A stretch of DNA of 64,000 bases, from NCBI GenBank assembly GCA_963742735.1, contig CAVUMN010000004.1, forward strand, positions 192,001 through 256,000. Reading direction: 5' to 3'. Origin of the DNA: an uncultured Actinomycetes bacterium. Its GTDB lineage: Bacteria > Actinomycetota > UBA4738 > JBBDTT01. A program made the position numbers and the translations under genes. This document shows, piece after piece, positions 55,898 to 64,000 of the stretch (within the stretch, counting starts at the first letter, position 1; every line of letters starts with the position of its first letter). The notes beneath the pieces are model-generated. The model was given only the letters and a program-made list of their open reading frames with translations, was not told the origin of the DNA and made no database searches.

Positions 55898-56200
55898 TCA
55901 CGGGCCTTCCCGACGCACGTGAGCGAGCGATCTCACGATTCGGTCCATCGGCTGTCCGGCCTGCTGATGGAACTCCACGACGGCCTCCTCCGAGGCCGCC
56001 TGGAACACGATGAGCAGCGCCTCGTCGTCCGGAACGACGATCGACTCCAGGATCCGGACCGGGCGCTCCTGGAACTCGGGCTCCGTAGCCGTCTTCTCGA
56101 GGTAGGCGACCAGCCGGCGGAGCGCCTCGGCATTGTGTCCGGGGCGGTAGTACTCGACCAGGTAGGTCGCCCTTCCGAGGCCTGCCATGCGGGTCGTCAT
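55898..56200 (-). CDS. Small ferredoxin-like-fold protein, DUF4242-like
   Basis: YLVEYY...VRILESIVVPDDEALLIVFQAASEEAV...AGQPMDRI pattern; purine-rich SD. Confidence 0.55.
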   Translation of the reverse strand: MTTRMAGLGRATYLVEYYRPGHNAEALRRLVAYLEKTATEPEFQERPVRILESIVVPDDEALLIVFQAASEEAVVEFHQQAGQPMDRIVRSLAHVRREGP

Positions 56201-56231
56201 TCCCCTCTCTCCATCCTGCGCGGGCTCGGGC

Positions 56232-59099
56232 TCAGCCTGAGACCTCGACAGAGGTCGACGAAAGAGGGATTCCCCGCTCCATTGAGCACGAAGGGAGATC
56301 AGCCGGGGGGGCGTCGTCCTCGTTCGGGCCGCCACCGGCAAGGCGTGCCGCGAGCTCGGTCCGGGAGCGGACGCCGAGCTTGCGGTACACGCGGGTGAGG
56401 ATCCCCTCCACGCTCTTCGGGGACACGAACAGGGCCTCGGCGACCTCGCGGTTCGTCTTCCCGGCCCCCACGAGCCCCGCGGCCCGGCGCTCGGTCTCGG
56501 TGAGGCCCTCCGGGGCGGAGGCCCGGATGCCCAGGCGGGCGATCTCCTCATCGGCCCGGGCTAGCCAGGCACGAGCGCGCACCTGCGTGAACACCTCCTT
56601 CGCCTCCTGGAGCTGCTCGCGGGCCAGCGCCTTGCGCTTCGCCCGGCGGTGGATCTCCCCGCCGACGAGCAGCGTCCGTGCCCGCTCCAGGGGCATGGAG
56701 ATGCGGTCGTGCTGGGCGAGGGCCAGGGTGACCGTCGTCGTGGCCTCGTCGAGATCGCCCCCGGAGGCCTGCAGAAGAGCCCGGCAGCGTGCCGCCGCGG
56801 CCCGGGCCGATGCCCGGTCGGCCTCGAGAGCGCGGGTCTCGTACCGGATCAGCTGAGCCTCGGCCTCATCCACCTGGCCCAGCCGGATCAGCGCCTCGAC
56901 GGCGTCGGGGAGGAACCGCATCAGGCTTGGCTCGGCGACGTTCATCGCGCCCACCATCTGCAGCATGGGGTCGAGCCGTTCCCGCGCGCCGGCCCAGTTC
57001 GACTCGGAGACGTCGCAGAACCCCAGGACCGAGTAGAGCATTCCGAACAGCAGCATCACGCTGCCCTCGAGGGCGATGGCCATCGCGGCGTCGGACGCTG
57101 CGCGAGCGTCCTCGAACCGGCCCTCGTACGCGCCCACGAGCGCGGTGGCGTAGAGCCCCATGCACCGGATGGTCGCGGTGTCCGAGTACCGGCTTGCCTC
57201 GAGCGCCCGCCGCGCGTGCTCCCGTGCGGACGCGAGGTTCCCGGACCAGCACTCGCCCTCCACCAGCCCCCACAGGAGCGTGGGCAGGCTCGCCTCGTCG
57301 CCCCGCTCGAGCGCCAGCCGCAGCTCCTCCTCGAGGAGCCTGCGGGACGTGTCCTGGTCGTCGATGTTCCGGAAGAAGAACGCGAGGGTGTACCGGGGGT
57401 AGCTCTCCACCGTCGAGTTCAGCCGGCGCCCCGCGCCGCGTTGGGCCAGGGACATCGCCCGCTCCAGGACCGAGGCGTCGTAGGGCTGGCCGAGCATCAT
57501 CTGGACCAAAGGGAACGCGGCCAGGGCCTGGGCCAGCGCGTCCTCGTCTCCGACCCCCTCGGCCAGCTCGGCCGCCGCCCGGAGAGCCTCGTACGAGCCC
57601 GCGGTGTCCGCGAGGTTGTTCATGCTGATACCGAGGTCCATCAGGATCGCGGCGCGGAGGGCGTCGTCCTCACCCGCCTCGTCTCGTGCGCGCGCGAGGG
57701 TGTCCGCCGACAGCTGCAGGCCACCGCTGTAGCGATAGAACTGCCCGAGCCGCCACAGAAGCTCAGCCCGGCCGGGACCCGGCGGCGGGGAGTCGACGGC
57801 CGCCTCGAGCGTCGCCACGGCACCGATCGGATCCTGTGCCCCGAAGCGCGCCTCGGCCAGCCGGAGGGTGCGCCGGCGCCGACCCTCGGCCTCACCGGCC
57901 GGTGTGAGCGACACCGCCAGCTCCGCCAGGTCGGCCGCGGCCTCGTGCGCGCCGCGGGCTCGTGCCGCCGCGGCGGCCGCCTCCAGAGCCGCGGCGACGC
58001 CCTCGTCCGGCCCCTCGGCCGCGAGGGCCAGGTGGCGGGCCCGCTCCTCTGACTCGCCGAGCGTCTCGGCCAGCGCCGAGTGCATCGCCCGTCGATCCTC
58101 TGGAGTCGCCAAGGCATACGCGCCGGATGCCAGCAGAGGGTGGGTGAACCGAATCCTGCCCGTGGCGTCGACCTCGATGATGGTCGCCTTCACCGCGGGC
58201 CCCAGGACGTCCTCGCCTGAGAGCTCGGGCAGGGCTCCGGCCACGAGCTCGACCGTGGGCGCAGCCAGAGCGGCGGCGGCGAGCAGCGCGTGACGGCTGT
58301 CCGCGGACAGCGCGGCGATGCGCTCCTCGACCAGGGCGGCGAGGGTCTCCGGCACCTGCAGTGGGGTTCCGGGCGCGGGAACGCCGTCGCGGATCAAGGA
58401 CCGCGCGAGCTCGAGCGCGTATAGCGGATTCCCGCCCGAAGCCCTCTCGATCGCGACGAGGACGGGCCGCGACGGGCGACCCCCGAGCCGGGCGTCGATC
58501 AGGTGGTGCAGCGCGGCCAGGCTCAGTGGTCCCAGCTCGAGGGTGGGTTCGGTCAGCAGCGAGGGGTCGATCGGGATGGGGGGGCCGGGTCGCGCGGAGA
58601 TCAGGACCCCGACCGGCAGACCCTCCAGCCGTCGGCTCACGAACGTCAGAGACGCCGCAGTGGACGGATCGAGCCACTGCGTGTCTTCGACGGCCACGAG
58701 CACCGGGCCCCCGGCCGCGAGCTCGCGAATGAGGGACAGAAGGGCCATGGCCGCGGCTCGCTGGTCCAGGCCCTCCTCACCCGGATCCGCCCGGAGGAGC
58801 GCCACGTCCATCGCGCGGCGCTGGGGTCCGGGCAGGGTGTCGCCGATCTCGTCGAACACGCGAGCGGCCAGATCGGCCAGCCCGGCGAAGGAGAGCTTCG
58901 CCTCGGCCTGCGAGGGGCCGGCGCTGAGCACGCGATAGCCGCGTGCGGCGCCCTCGTCGACGGCCCACCGCCAGAGCGTTGTCTTGCCGATGCCGGGAGG
59001 ACCCTCGATGACGAACGCCGCGGGGCCCTGTTCAACGGCGTCAAGAAAGGCCATCGCCGCGGCCTGCTCGGCGTCGCGGCCGAAGATCTCCGAGTTCAC
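56232..59099 (-). CDS. Large ATP-binding LuxR-family (LAL/STAND) transcriptional regulator
   Basis: GPPGIGKTT, VEDTQWLD, SGGNPLYALELA, FTHPL, TPR-like helices, LTETERRAA...TNREVAEALFVSPKSVE...YRKLGVRSR. True stop may be TGA at 56299-56301 if the G-run near 56305 is miscalled. Confidence 0.92.
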   Translation of the reverse strand: MNSEIFGRDAEQAAAMAFLDAVEQGPAAFVIEGPPGIGKTTLWRWAVDEGAARGYRVLSAGPSQAEAKLSFAGLADLAARVFDEIGDTLPGPQRRAMDVALLRADPGEEGLDQRAAAMALLSLIRELAAGGPVLVAVEDTQWLDPSTAASLTFVSRRLEGLPVGVLISARPGPPIPIDPSLLTEPTLELGPLSLAALHHLIDARLGGRPSRPVLVAIERASGGNPLYALELARSLIRDGVPAPGTPLQVPETLAALVEERIAALSADSRHALLAAAALAAPTVELVAGALPELSGEDVLGPAVKATIIEVDATGRIRFTHPLLASGAYALATPEDRRAMHSALAETLGESEERARHLALAAEGPDEGVAAALEAAAAAARARGAHEAAADLAELAVSLTPAGEAEGRRRRTLRLAEARFGAQDPIGAVATLEAAVDSPPPGPGRAELLWRLGQFYRYSGGLQLSADTLARARDEAGEDDALRAAILMDLGISMNNLADTAGSYEALRAAAELAEGVGDEDALAQALAAFPLVQMMLGQPYDASVLERAMSLAQRGAGRRLNSTVESYPRYTLAFFFRNIDDQDTSRRLLEEELRLALERGDEASLPTLLWGLVEGECWSGNLASAREHARRALEASRYSDTATIRCMGLYATALVGAYEGRFEDARAASDAAMAIALEGSVMLLFGMLYSVLGFCDVSESNWAGARERLDPMLQMVGAMNVAEPSLMRFLPDAVEALIRLGQVDEAEAQLIRYETRALEADRASARAAAARCRALLQASGGDLDEATTTVTLALAQHDRISMPLERARTLLVGGEIHRRAKRKALAREQLQEAKEVFTQVRARAWLARADEEIARLGIRASAPEGLTETERRAAGLVGAGKTNREVAEALFVSPKSVEGILTRVYRKLGVRSRTELAARLAGGGPNEDDAPPADLPSCSMERGIPLSSTSVEVSG

Positions 59100-59135
59100 G
59101 GGCGCCTCCGGAACGAGGCGCGATTCTATCCGCAG

Positions 59136-59678
59136 CTAGCCGCCGGTGTTCGCGCACTCGGGGGCGGGCGCGTAGTCCTCGCCCACGACGACCGTGACCT
59201 GGACCTCGGGGATCGTCGGCTCCTCGGGACCCCGCTGGAGCTTCGCGCCGTTGAAGAACCGGTCACGGAGGGTCTCGGCGAGGGGCTTGTTGTTCGGCGG
59301 CGTCCACAGCAACGTGGTCACCGGGAACGTATTCGGCGCGTTGCCGATGTTCTCGTCGGGGATGATCGCGCCGGCGTCGATCAGGCAGCGCTGGACGTCG
59401 GCGGCCAGGCCGGCCGTGTCGGTGCCGTTGAGGACCTGCAGGATCGCGCCCTCGATCCGGACCTGCGGCGGGGGCGTGGTCGTGGTGGTGGGCGAGCTCG
59501 GCGTGATCGTCGTGGTCGGGTTCGTGCTCACCCCGTCCGTGTTCGTTCCGGGGAACGCGTTCGCGAGCACCACGCCGCCCAGCACGATGGCGGCGACGAT
59601 GATCGCCGCCCTCAGGGTCGAGGTCGCCACGGAGAGGTAAAAGCTCCCGGTCGATGGAGGTTCATGCTTGCCCGACAT
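59136..59678 (-). CDS. LytR_C domain membrane protein (Rv0431/VirR-like)
   Basis: Single TM, Thr/Pro linker, LQVLNGTDTAGLAA, IGNA, VTVVVGEDY. Confidence 0.85.
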   Translation of the reverse strand: MSGKHEPPSTGSFYLSVATSTLRAAIIVAAIVLGGVVLANAFPGTNTDGVSTNPTTTITPSSPTTTTTPPPQVRIEGAILQVLNGTDTAGLAADVQRCLIDAGAIIPDENIGNAPNTFPVTTLLWTPPNNKPLAETLRDRFFNGAKLQRGPEEPTIPEVQVTVVVGEDYAPAPECANTGG

Positions 59679-59692
59679 CCCTCCGGCCGCAT

Positions 59693-59977
59693 CTAGGGCT
59701 GCAGACCCATCCGCCTGGCGAACCGGGCGCGACGCCGCGCCGTGCGCAGGCGCCGAAGCCGCCGGACGAGCATCGGGTCGTACTCCAGAGCCTCCGACTC
59801 GTCGATGAGCTTGTTCAACATCTGATAATACCGGGCGGCCGACAGCCCGAAACGGTCACGGATCGCCCGTTCCTTCGGGCCGTCGAGCTTCCACCACTCG
59901 CGCTCGAAGTCCAGGAGGGCCCGGGCCCGGTCGTCCAGGCCGTGCGCGGGCAGGGTCGTCAATTCGGGGTCGGCCAC
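59693..59977 (-). CDS. DUF3263 family protein (Rv0430/NapA-like)
   Basis: LLDFEREWW, KERAIRDRFGLSAARYYQMLNKLID, DPMLVRRLRRLR; TACGAT -10 6 nt upstream. Confidence 0.9.
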   Translation of the reverse strand: MADPELTTLPAHGLDDRARALLDFEREWWKLDGPKERAIRDRFGLSAARYYQMLNKLIDESEALEYDPMLVRRLRRLRTARRRARFARRMGLQP

Positions 59978-60001
59978 GCACCGATCGTAGGGAGCGCGAG
60001 C

Positions 60002-60025
60002 TCGAATTGCAACGATGTAATTCGA
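60002..60025. promoter_or_regulatory. AT-rich inverted repeat upstream of DUF3263 (operator or terminator)
   Basis: TCGAATTGCA-ACGA-TGTAATTCGA, 9/10 symmetric, over the -35 region. Confidence 0.55.
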
Positions 60026-60029
60026 AGCC

Positions 60030-61274
60030 CTACGGGTAGAGGCCCCGGGTGAGGTGAGCCTCGGCGACCCGCTGGACCCCGAGCATGGTCGCCGCCATGC
60101 GCATGGAGACCTTCTGGTCCTCCGCCAGGTCCAGGCAGTCGACGTAGGAGCTCTCCATGATCCGGCGCAGACGGGCGTTCACCTCGTCCTCGGTCCAGAA
60201 GTACGCCTGGAGGTCCTGGACCCACTCGAAGTAGGACACGGTGACCCCGCCGGCATTGGCCAGGATGTCGGGGACGACCAGGATCTCGCGGTCCTCGAAG
60301 ATCTGGTCGGCCTCCGGCGTGGTGGGGCCGTTGGCGGCCTCGACGACGATCCGGGCGCGGATGCGATCGGCGTTGCGCTCGGTCAGGACGTTCTCGAGCG
60401 CGGCGGGAATCAGCACGTCGCACTCGACCTCCAGGAGCTCGTCGGAGCCCATGGGCTCGCCGCCCTCGTAGCCGGCCACGGTCCCGGTCGCGGCCTGGTG
60501 CGTGGCCAGCCCCCGGGGCGAGAGCCCGCGCGGGTTGTACACCGCCCCGGTCGCGTCGCCGACGGCGATGACGCGGCATCCCTGCTCGTGCAGCAGCTGG
60601 ACCACGGGCCCGCCGACCTTGCCGAAGCCCTGGACGACGACGCGGGCCTCGTCCACCGGCATGCCCTGGTGCTTGAGGGTGGCGACCGTCACGTACATGA
60701 CGCCGCGGGAGGTCGCGGAGCCGCGACCGAGCGAGCCGCCGAGCGTGATGGGCTTCCCGGTGACGACGCCGGGGACCGAGTACCCGGCCCGCATGGAGAA
60801 CGTGTCCATGATCCACGCCATGATCTGCTCGTCGGTCCCCACGTCGGGGGCCGGGATGTCCATGGCCGGCCCGATCAGCGGAGCGATCTCGCTGGCGTAG
60901 CGGCGGGTCATGCGCTCGAGCTCGTTGCGCGAAAGTGTGGCCGGGTCGACCACCACACCCCCCTTGGCCCCGCCGTAGGGGATGTTCACCACGGCGCACT
61001 TCCACGTCATCCACATGGCGAGGGCCTTCATCTCGTCGAGGGTGACGTTGGGGTGGTAGCGGATGCCGCCCTTCGTGGGGCCCCGCGAGGTCGAGTGGTG
61101 CACACGGTAGCCCGTGTGCACCTTGGTGGTCCCGTCGTCCATGCGGGTGGGCACGGAGACGATGAGGATGCGCTTGGGGTTGGCGAGCGTCTCGTGGACA
61201 CCGGGATCGAGGTTGAGGAACTTCGCCGCCTGCTCGAGCTGCGAGAGCGCGGAGTTCCACGCGGATTCCGTCAT
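60030..61274 (-). CDS. gdhA: Glu/Leu/Phe/Val dehydrogenase (glutamate dehydrogenase)
   Basis: GPTKGGIRYHP, MTWKCA, GGAKGG, DIPAPDVGT, VTGKP, QGFGKVG, EAANGPTT, NAGGVTVSYFEWVQ. Confidence 0.95.
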   Translation of the reverse strand: MTESAWNSALSQLEQAAKFLNLDPGVHETLANPKRILIVSVPTRMDDGTTKVHTGYRVHHSTSRGPTKGGIRYHPNVTLDEMKALAMWMTWKCAVVNIPYGGAKGGVVVDPATLSRNELERMTRRYASEIAPLIGPAMDIPAPDVGTDEQIMAWIMDTFSMRAGYSVPGVVTGKPITLGGSLGRGSATSRGVMYVTVATLKHQGMPVDEARVVVQGFGKVGGPVVQLLHEQGCRVIAVGDATGAVYNPRGLSPRGLATHQAATGTVAGYEGGEPMGSDELLEVECDVLIPAALENVLTERNADRIRARIVVEAANGPTTPEADQIFEDREILVVPDILANAGGVTVSYFEWVQDLQAYFWTEDEVNARLRRIMESSYVDCLDLAEDQKVSMRMAATMLGVQRVAEAHLTRGLYP

Positions 61275-61342
61275 GCCGACTCCTTTGTCGGTTCGACCGC
61301 CCGAGTGTACCGCCCGAGCGCTTGGTTCCCTAGGATGCCCTC

Positions 61343-61759
61343 GTGGGCGACCAGGTCTACAACACCCCGCTCGCGAGCAAGCTCGGCATCAAGGAGGGCG
61401 CCCGCGTGGCCCTGCTCGACGCACCGGAGGACGGCCTGGCCCGCCTGGGCCCGGTTCCCTCTTCGGTTCGGATCGGCCGGACCTCCGCCGGCCTCCTGGA
61501 TGTCATCGTCCTTTTCGCCACCCGGCTGAAGGACCTGGAGCGACGGTTCCCGGGCGCGAAGCTGGCGCTCACCCCCGCGGGCGGCCTGTGGGTCGCCTAC
61601 CCGAAGCGCGCCTCCGGCATGGCCACCGACCTGACCTTCGAGAACGTTCAGCGCTTCGCCCTGGGCGAGGGCCTCGTCGACAACAAGTCCATCGCGTGGG
61701 ACGAGACCTGGAGCGCCGTCCGGTTCGTGTACCGGCTGGCCGACCGGCCGGCGCCGTGA
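61343..61759 (+). CDS. DUF3052-like hypothetical protein
   Basis: TPLASKLGIK, GGLWVAYPK, GLVDNK, WSAVRF; TAGGAT -10 6 nt upstream. Confidence 0.75.
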   Translation: MGDQVYNTPLASKLGIKEGARVALLDAPEDGLARLGPVPSSVRIGRTSAGLLDVIVLFATRLKDLERRFPGAKLALTPAGGLWVAYPKRASGMATDLTFENVQRFALGEGLVDNKSIAWDETWSAVRFVYRLADRPAP

Positions 61760-64000
61760 GCCGGCTCTCTCCGCGCCTCGCCGCCGTGCTGGGCCTCGCC
61801 GGCGTTGCCGCCGCCTACTACGTCGCGGCCAAGCTCGGCTTGGCGATCGCGGTGGTCCGGGACAACGTCACGCCTCTGTGGCCGCCGACCGGCATCGCCG
61901 TCGCGGCCGTCCTGGTGCTGGGCCGCCGGGTGTGGCCCGCGATCGCCCTGGCGGCGTTCGCGGTCAACGCCCCGATCAGCTCGAGCCTGTGGGCAGCGGC
62001 GTTCACCGCGTTCGGCAACACGGCGGCGCCGCTGGTGGCAGCCGAGTTCCTCAGGGCGACGCGGTTCCGGCGAGAGCTCGACCGTTTTCGTGACGCGGCG
62101 GCGATCGTGTTCCTCGGCGCGCTGCTGGCGATGACCATCAGCGCCAGCATCGGGACCACCACCCTGCTGGCGACGGGTGCCATCGAGCCATCCGGGCTGT
62201 GGGCGGCCTGGGCGGTGTGGTGGACGGGCGACGCGATGGGCGTGCTCACGGTGGCCCCGTTCCTGTTCAGCCTCAGCGGTTTCCGGTCGGTGCGCTCGCG
62301 GGCTCGCCGGCTGGAGCTGCTGGGGCTGTTCTCCGGCGTCGTAATGGTCGGCTTCCTGGTCGTGTCGACGGACGCCCATCTGCTGTTCCTCACGATCCCA
62401 CTGCTCGGGTGGGCGGCGTGGCGATTCCAACAGGTCGGCGCGGCTCCGGCGGCCCTCATCGTCGCGTCGCTAGCGGCATGGGCGGCGGCACGGGGCCTCG
62501 GCCCGTTCGCGCAGAGAACGCTGTTCGAACGGATGCTCACCCTGCAGGTGTTCAACGCGATCGTGGCGCTCGCCTCGTTCGTGTTCGCGGCGGCGGTGAG
62601 CGAGCGCCTCCGCCAGCGTGACGCCCTTGCCCGCGCCGCGGCCGATCTCGAGAACCGAGTGGAGGAACGCACGGGCGAGCTCCAGCAGCGGGAGCGGCAG
62701 CTGGCCGAAGCCCAGGAGCTGGCCAGCATCGGCAGCTGGGAATGGAGCATCGCCGAGGACCGGGTGACGTGGTCCGACGAGATGTTCCGGATCCACGGGC
62801 ACCGGCCCCAGACGTTCGGGGCGACGTTCGAGCGAGCCCTCGAGCAGGTGCTCGAGGAGGACCGCGAACGCATCCGGGCCAACGTGGCCGAGGGCCTGGC
62901 CCAGCGGCGAACGCACTCCCTCCCCGAGGTCGAGTACCGAATCGTTCGCCCCGACGGGGACCAGCGCGTCGTGCGAGGCTGGGCGCGCCTGAGCGTCGAT
63001 CATCTCGGCGAGCCGCAACGGATGATCGGCTCCGTGCAGGACCTCACCGAGGGCCTGCAGGCGGAGCGGGAGCACCGGATCGCCGAGACCCTGCAGCGAA
63101 GCCTGTTGCCGGAAGGCCTCCCGGACCTCCCCGGGGTCGAGCTCGCCGCCCGATATGTCCCCGCCACCGACGAGGTCGAGGTGGGCGGCGACTGGTACGA
63201 CGTGATCGTGCTGCCGAACGGACAGGTCGCGGTCTCGGTCGGCGATGTCGCCGGGCACGGTCTTCGGGCCGCGTCCACGATGGGCCAGCTGCGCATGGCC
63301 GTCCGGGCCTACGCCCTCGAGGAGGTCTCTCCCGCCAACGTCCTCCGCCGGGCCCACGGGCTGATCCAGCAGCTGGCCCTGGCCGAGATGGCCACGCTCG
63401 TTCACGTGGTGTTCGACGCGGAGTCCGGGCGAGTCCGGTTCGCCAGTGCGGGCCACCCCCCGCCGCTGGTCATCCCCGCCGAGGGGCCCCCGGTGTACTT
63501 GCGGGAGGGCCTCGCGCCACCCCTCGGCGCGGTCCCCTCGCTGGACGCCTTCGAGGAATCCGAGTCCGAGCTGGCCCCCGGATCGACGTTGCTGATGTAC
63601 ACGGACGGACTCGTCGAGCGGCGGGGCGTCTCTCTCGGCGACGGGCTCGAGAGGCTCCTCGCCGCGGCCGGTTCCCGGCCCCGCGAGCTCGACGAGCTCT
63701 GCGACGAGGTCCTGAGGGAGCTCGTCGGCGACGAGGTCCAGGACGACGTGGCCCTGGTTGCGCTTCGCCCGATCCCCCTCGGAGATCACCTGGACCTGCG
63801 GATCCCGGCGGAGCCCAGCGGCCTGGCTCCGCTCCGCCACGTCATCCGCCGGTGGCTGCGCCTGGCCGGCGCCAGCGAGCCCGAGACGCACGACATCGTC
63901 CTGGCCTGCGGCGAGGCGGCGGCGAACGCGATCATGCACGCCTACGGCGCGAAGGAGGGCGTGCTCGAGGTGGAGCTCGACCACGCCGACGGGGGGGTGG
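61756..64000 (+). CDS. MASE1-PAS-SpoIIE (PP2C phosphatase)-HATPase signalling protein, 3'-truncated (missing from the ORF track)
   Basis: Hand translation: LWPPTGIA and WWTGDAMG (MASE1), IGSWEW...WSDEMFRIHG (PAS), LQRSLLP, VGGDWYD, GDVAGHG, YTDGLVE, DDVAL (PP2C), ACGEAAANAIMHAY (HATPase N-box). Confidence 0.9.
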   Translation, partial: MSRLSPRLAAVLGLAGVAAAYYVAAKLGLAIAVVRDNVTPLWPPTGIAVAAVLVLGRRVWPAIALAAFAVNAPISSSLWAAAFTAFGNTAAPLVAAEFLRATRFRRELDRFRDAAAIVFLGALLAMTISASIGTTTLLATGAIEPSGLWAAWAVWWTGDAMGVLTVAPFLFSLSGFRSVRSRARRLELLGLFSGVVMVGFLVVSTDAHLLFLTIPLLGWAAWRFQQVGAAPAALIVASLAAWAAARGLGPFAQRTLFERMLTLQVFNAIVALASFVFAAAVSERLRQRDALARAAADLENRVEERTGELQQRERQLAEAQELASIGSWEWSIAEDRVTWSDEMFRIHGHRPQTFGATFERALEQVLEEDRERIRANVAEGLAQRRTHSLPEVEYRIVRPDGDQRVVRGWARLSVDHLGEPQRMIGSVQDLTEGLQAEREHRIAETLQRSLLPEGLPDLPGVELAARYVPATDEVEVGGDWYDVIVLPNGQVAVSVGDVAGHGLRAASTMGQLRMAVRAYALEEVSPANVLRRAHGLIQQLALAEMATLVHVVFDAESGRVRFASAGHPPPLVIPAEGPPVYLREGLAPPLGAVPSLDAFEESESELAPGSTLLMYTDGLVERRGVSLGDGLERLLAAAGSRPRELDELCDEVLRELVGDEVQDDVALVALRPIPLGDHLDLRIPAEPSGLAPLRHVIRRWLRLAGASEPETHDIVLACGEAAANAIMHAYGAKEGVLEVELDHADGGV

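Noticed and set aside
1-64000. CRISPR array, tRNA/rRNA, IS, integrase, prophage or anti-phage genes
   Set aside because: No spaced direct repeats, cloverleafs or recombinase/nuclease motifs were seen by eye; intergenic gaps are short. The STAND ATPase ends in a LuxR HTH, not a defence effector.

Overview
A very GC-rich (visually >70%) window from an actinobacterial-type chromosome. The taxonomic reading rests on a monocistronic groEL with a CIRCE box, the thrC / otsA-otsB / LytR_C / DUF3263 neighbourhood and many leaderless promoters. About 1-48 kb is dominated by a large surface-glycan locus: nucleotide-sugar enzymes, 8 GT2, 4 GT4 and 2 GT-C (ArnT/PMT-like) glycosyltransferases, a Wzm/Wzt ABC exporter, 3 tandem sulfotransferases, 4 alkaline-phosphatase-superfamily enzymes with Thr nucleophiles, 6 SAM methyltransferase genes, 2 O-acyltransferases and 3 apparently non-catalytic beta-helix domains (2 fused to GT2s). 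Interleaved with it are groEL, a TetR/GH10 pair, acs, and an Rrf2 / DUF4395 / thioredoxin / thrC block. The right part carries trehalose genes (treT, otsA, otsB), a LAL-LuxR / small protein / 2x DegV cassette, LytR_C, DUF3263, gdh, DUF3052 and a truncated MASE1-PAS-SpoIIE-HATPase gene. Several single-base frameshifts (about 21.0-23.0 kb, 25.84 kb, acs, 44.76 kb, 50.89 kb) look like assembly errors and produce two false gene fusions in the ORF track. No rRNA, tRNA, CRISPR array, transposase or integrase was recognised. The best candidate for an undescribed system is the sulfated/methylated/acylated glycan locus, with its Thr-type 'sulfatases' and beta-helix-GT2 fusions. All family assignments are by eye from motifs; no searches were run.
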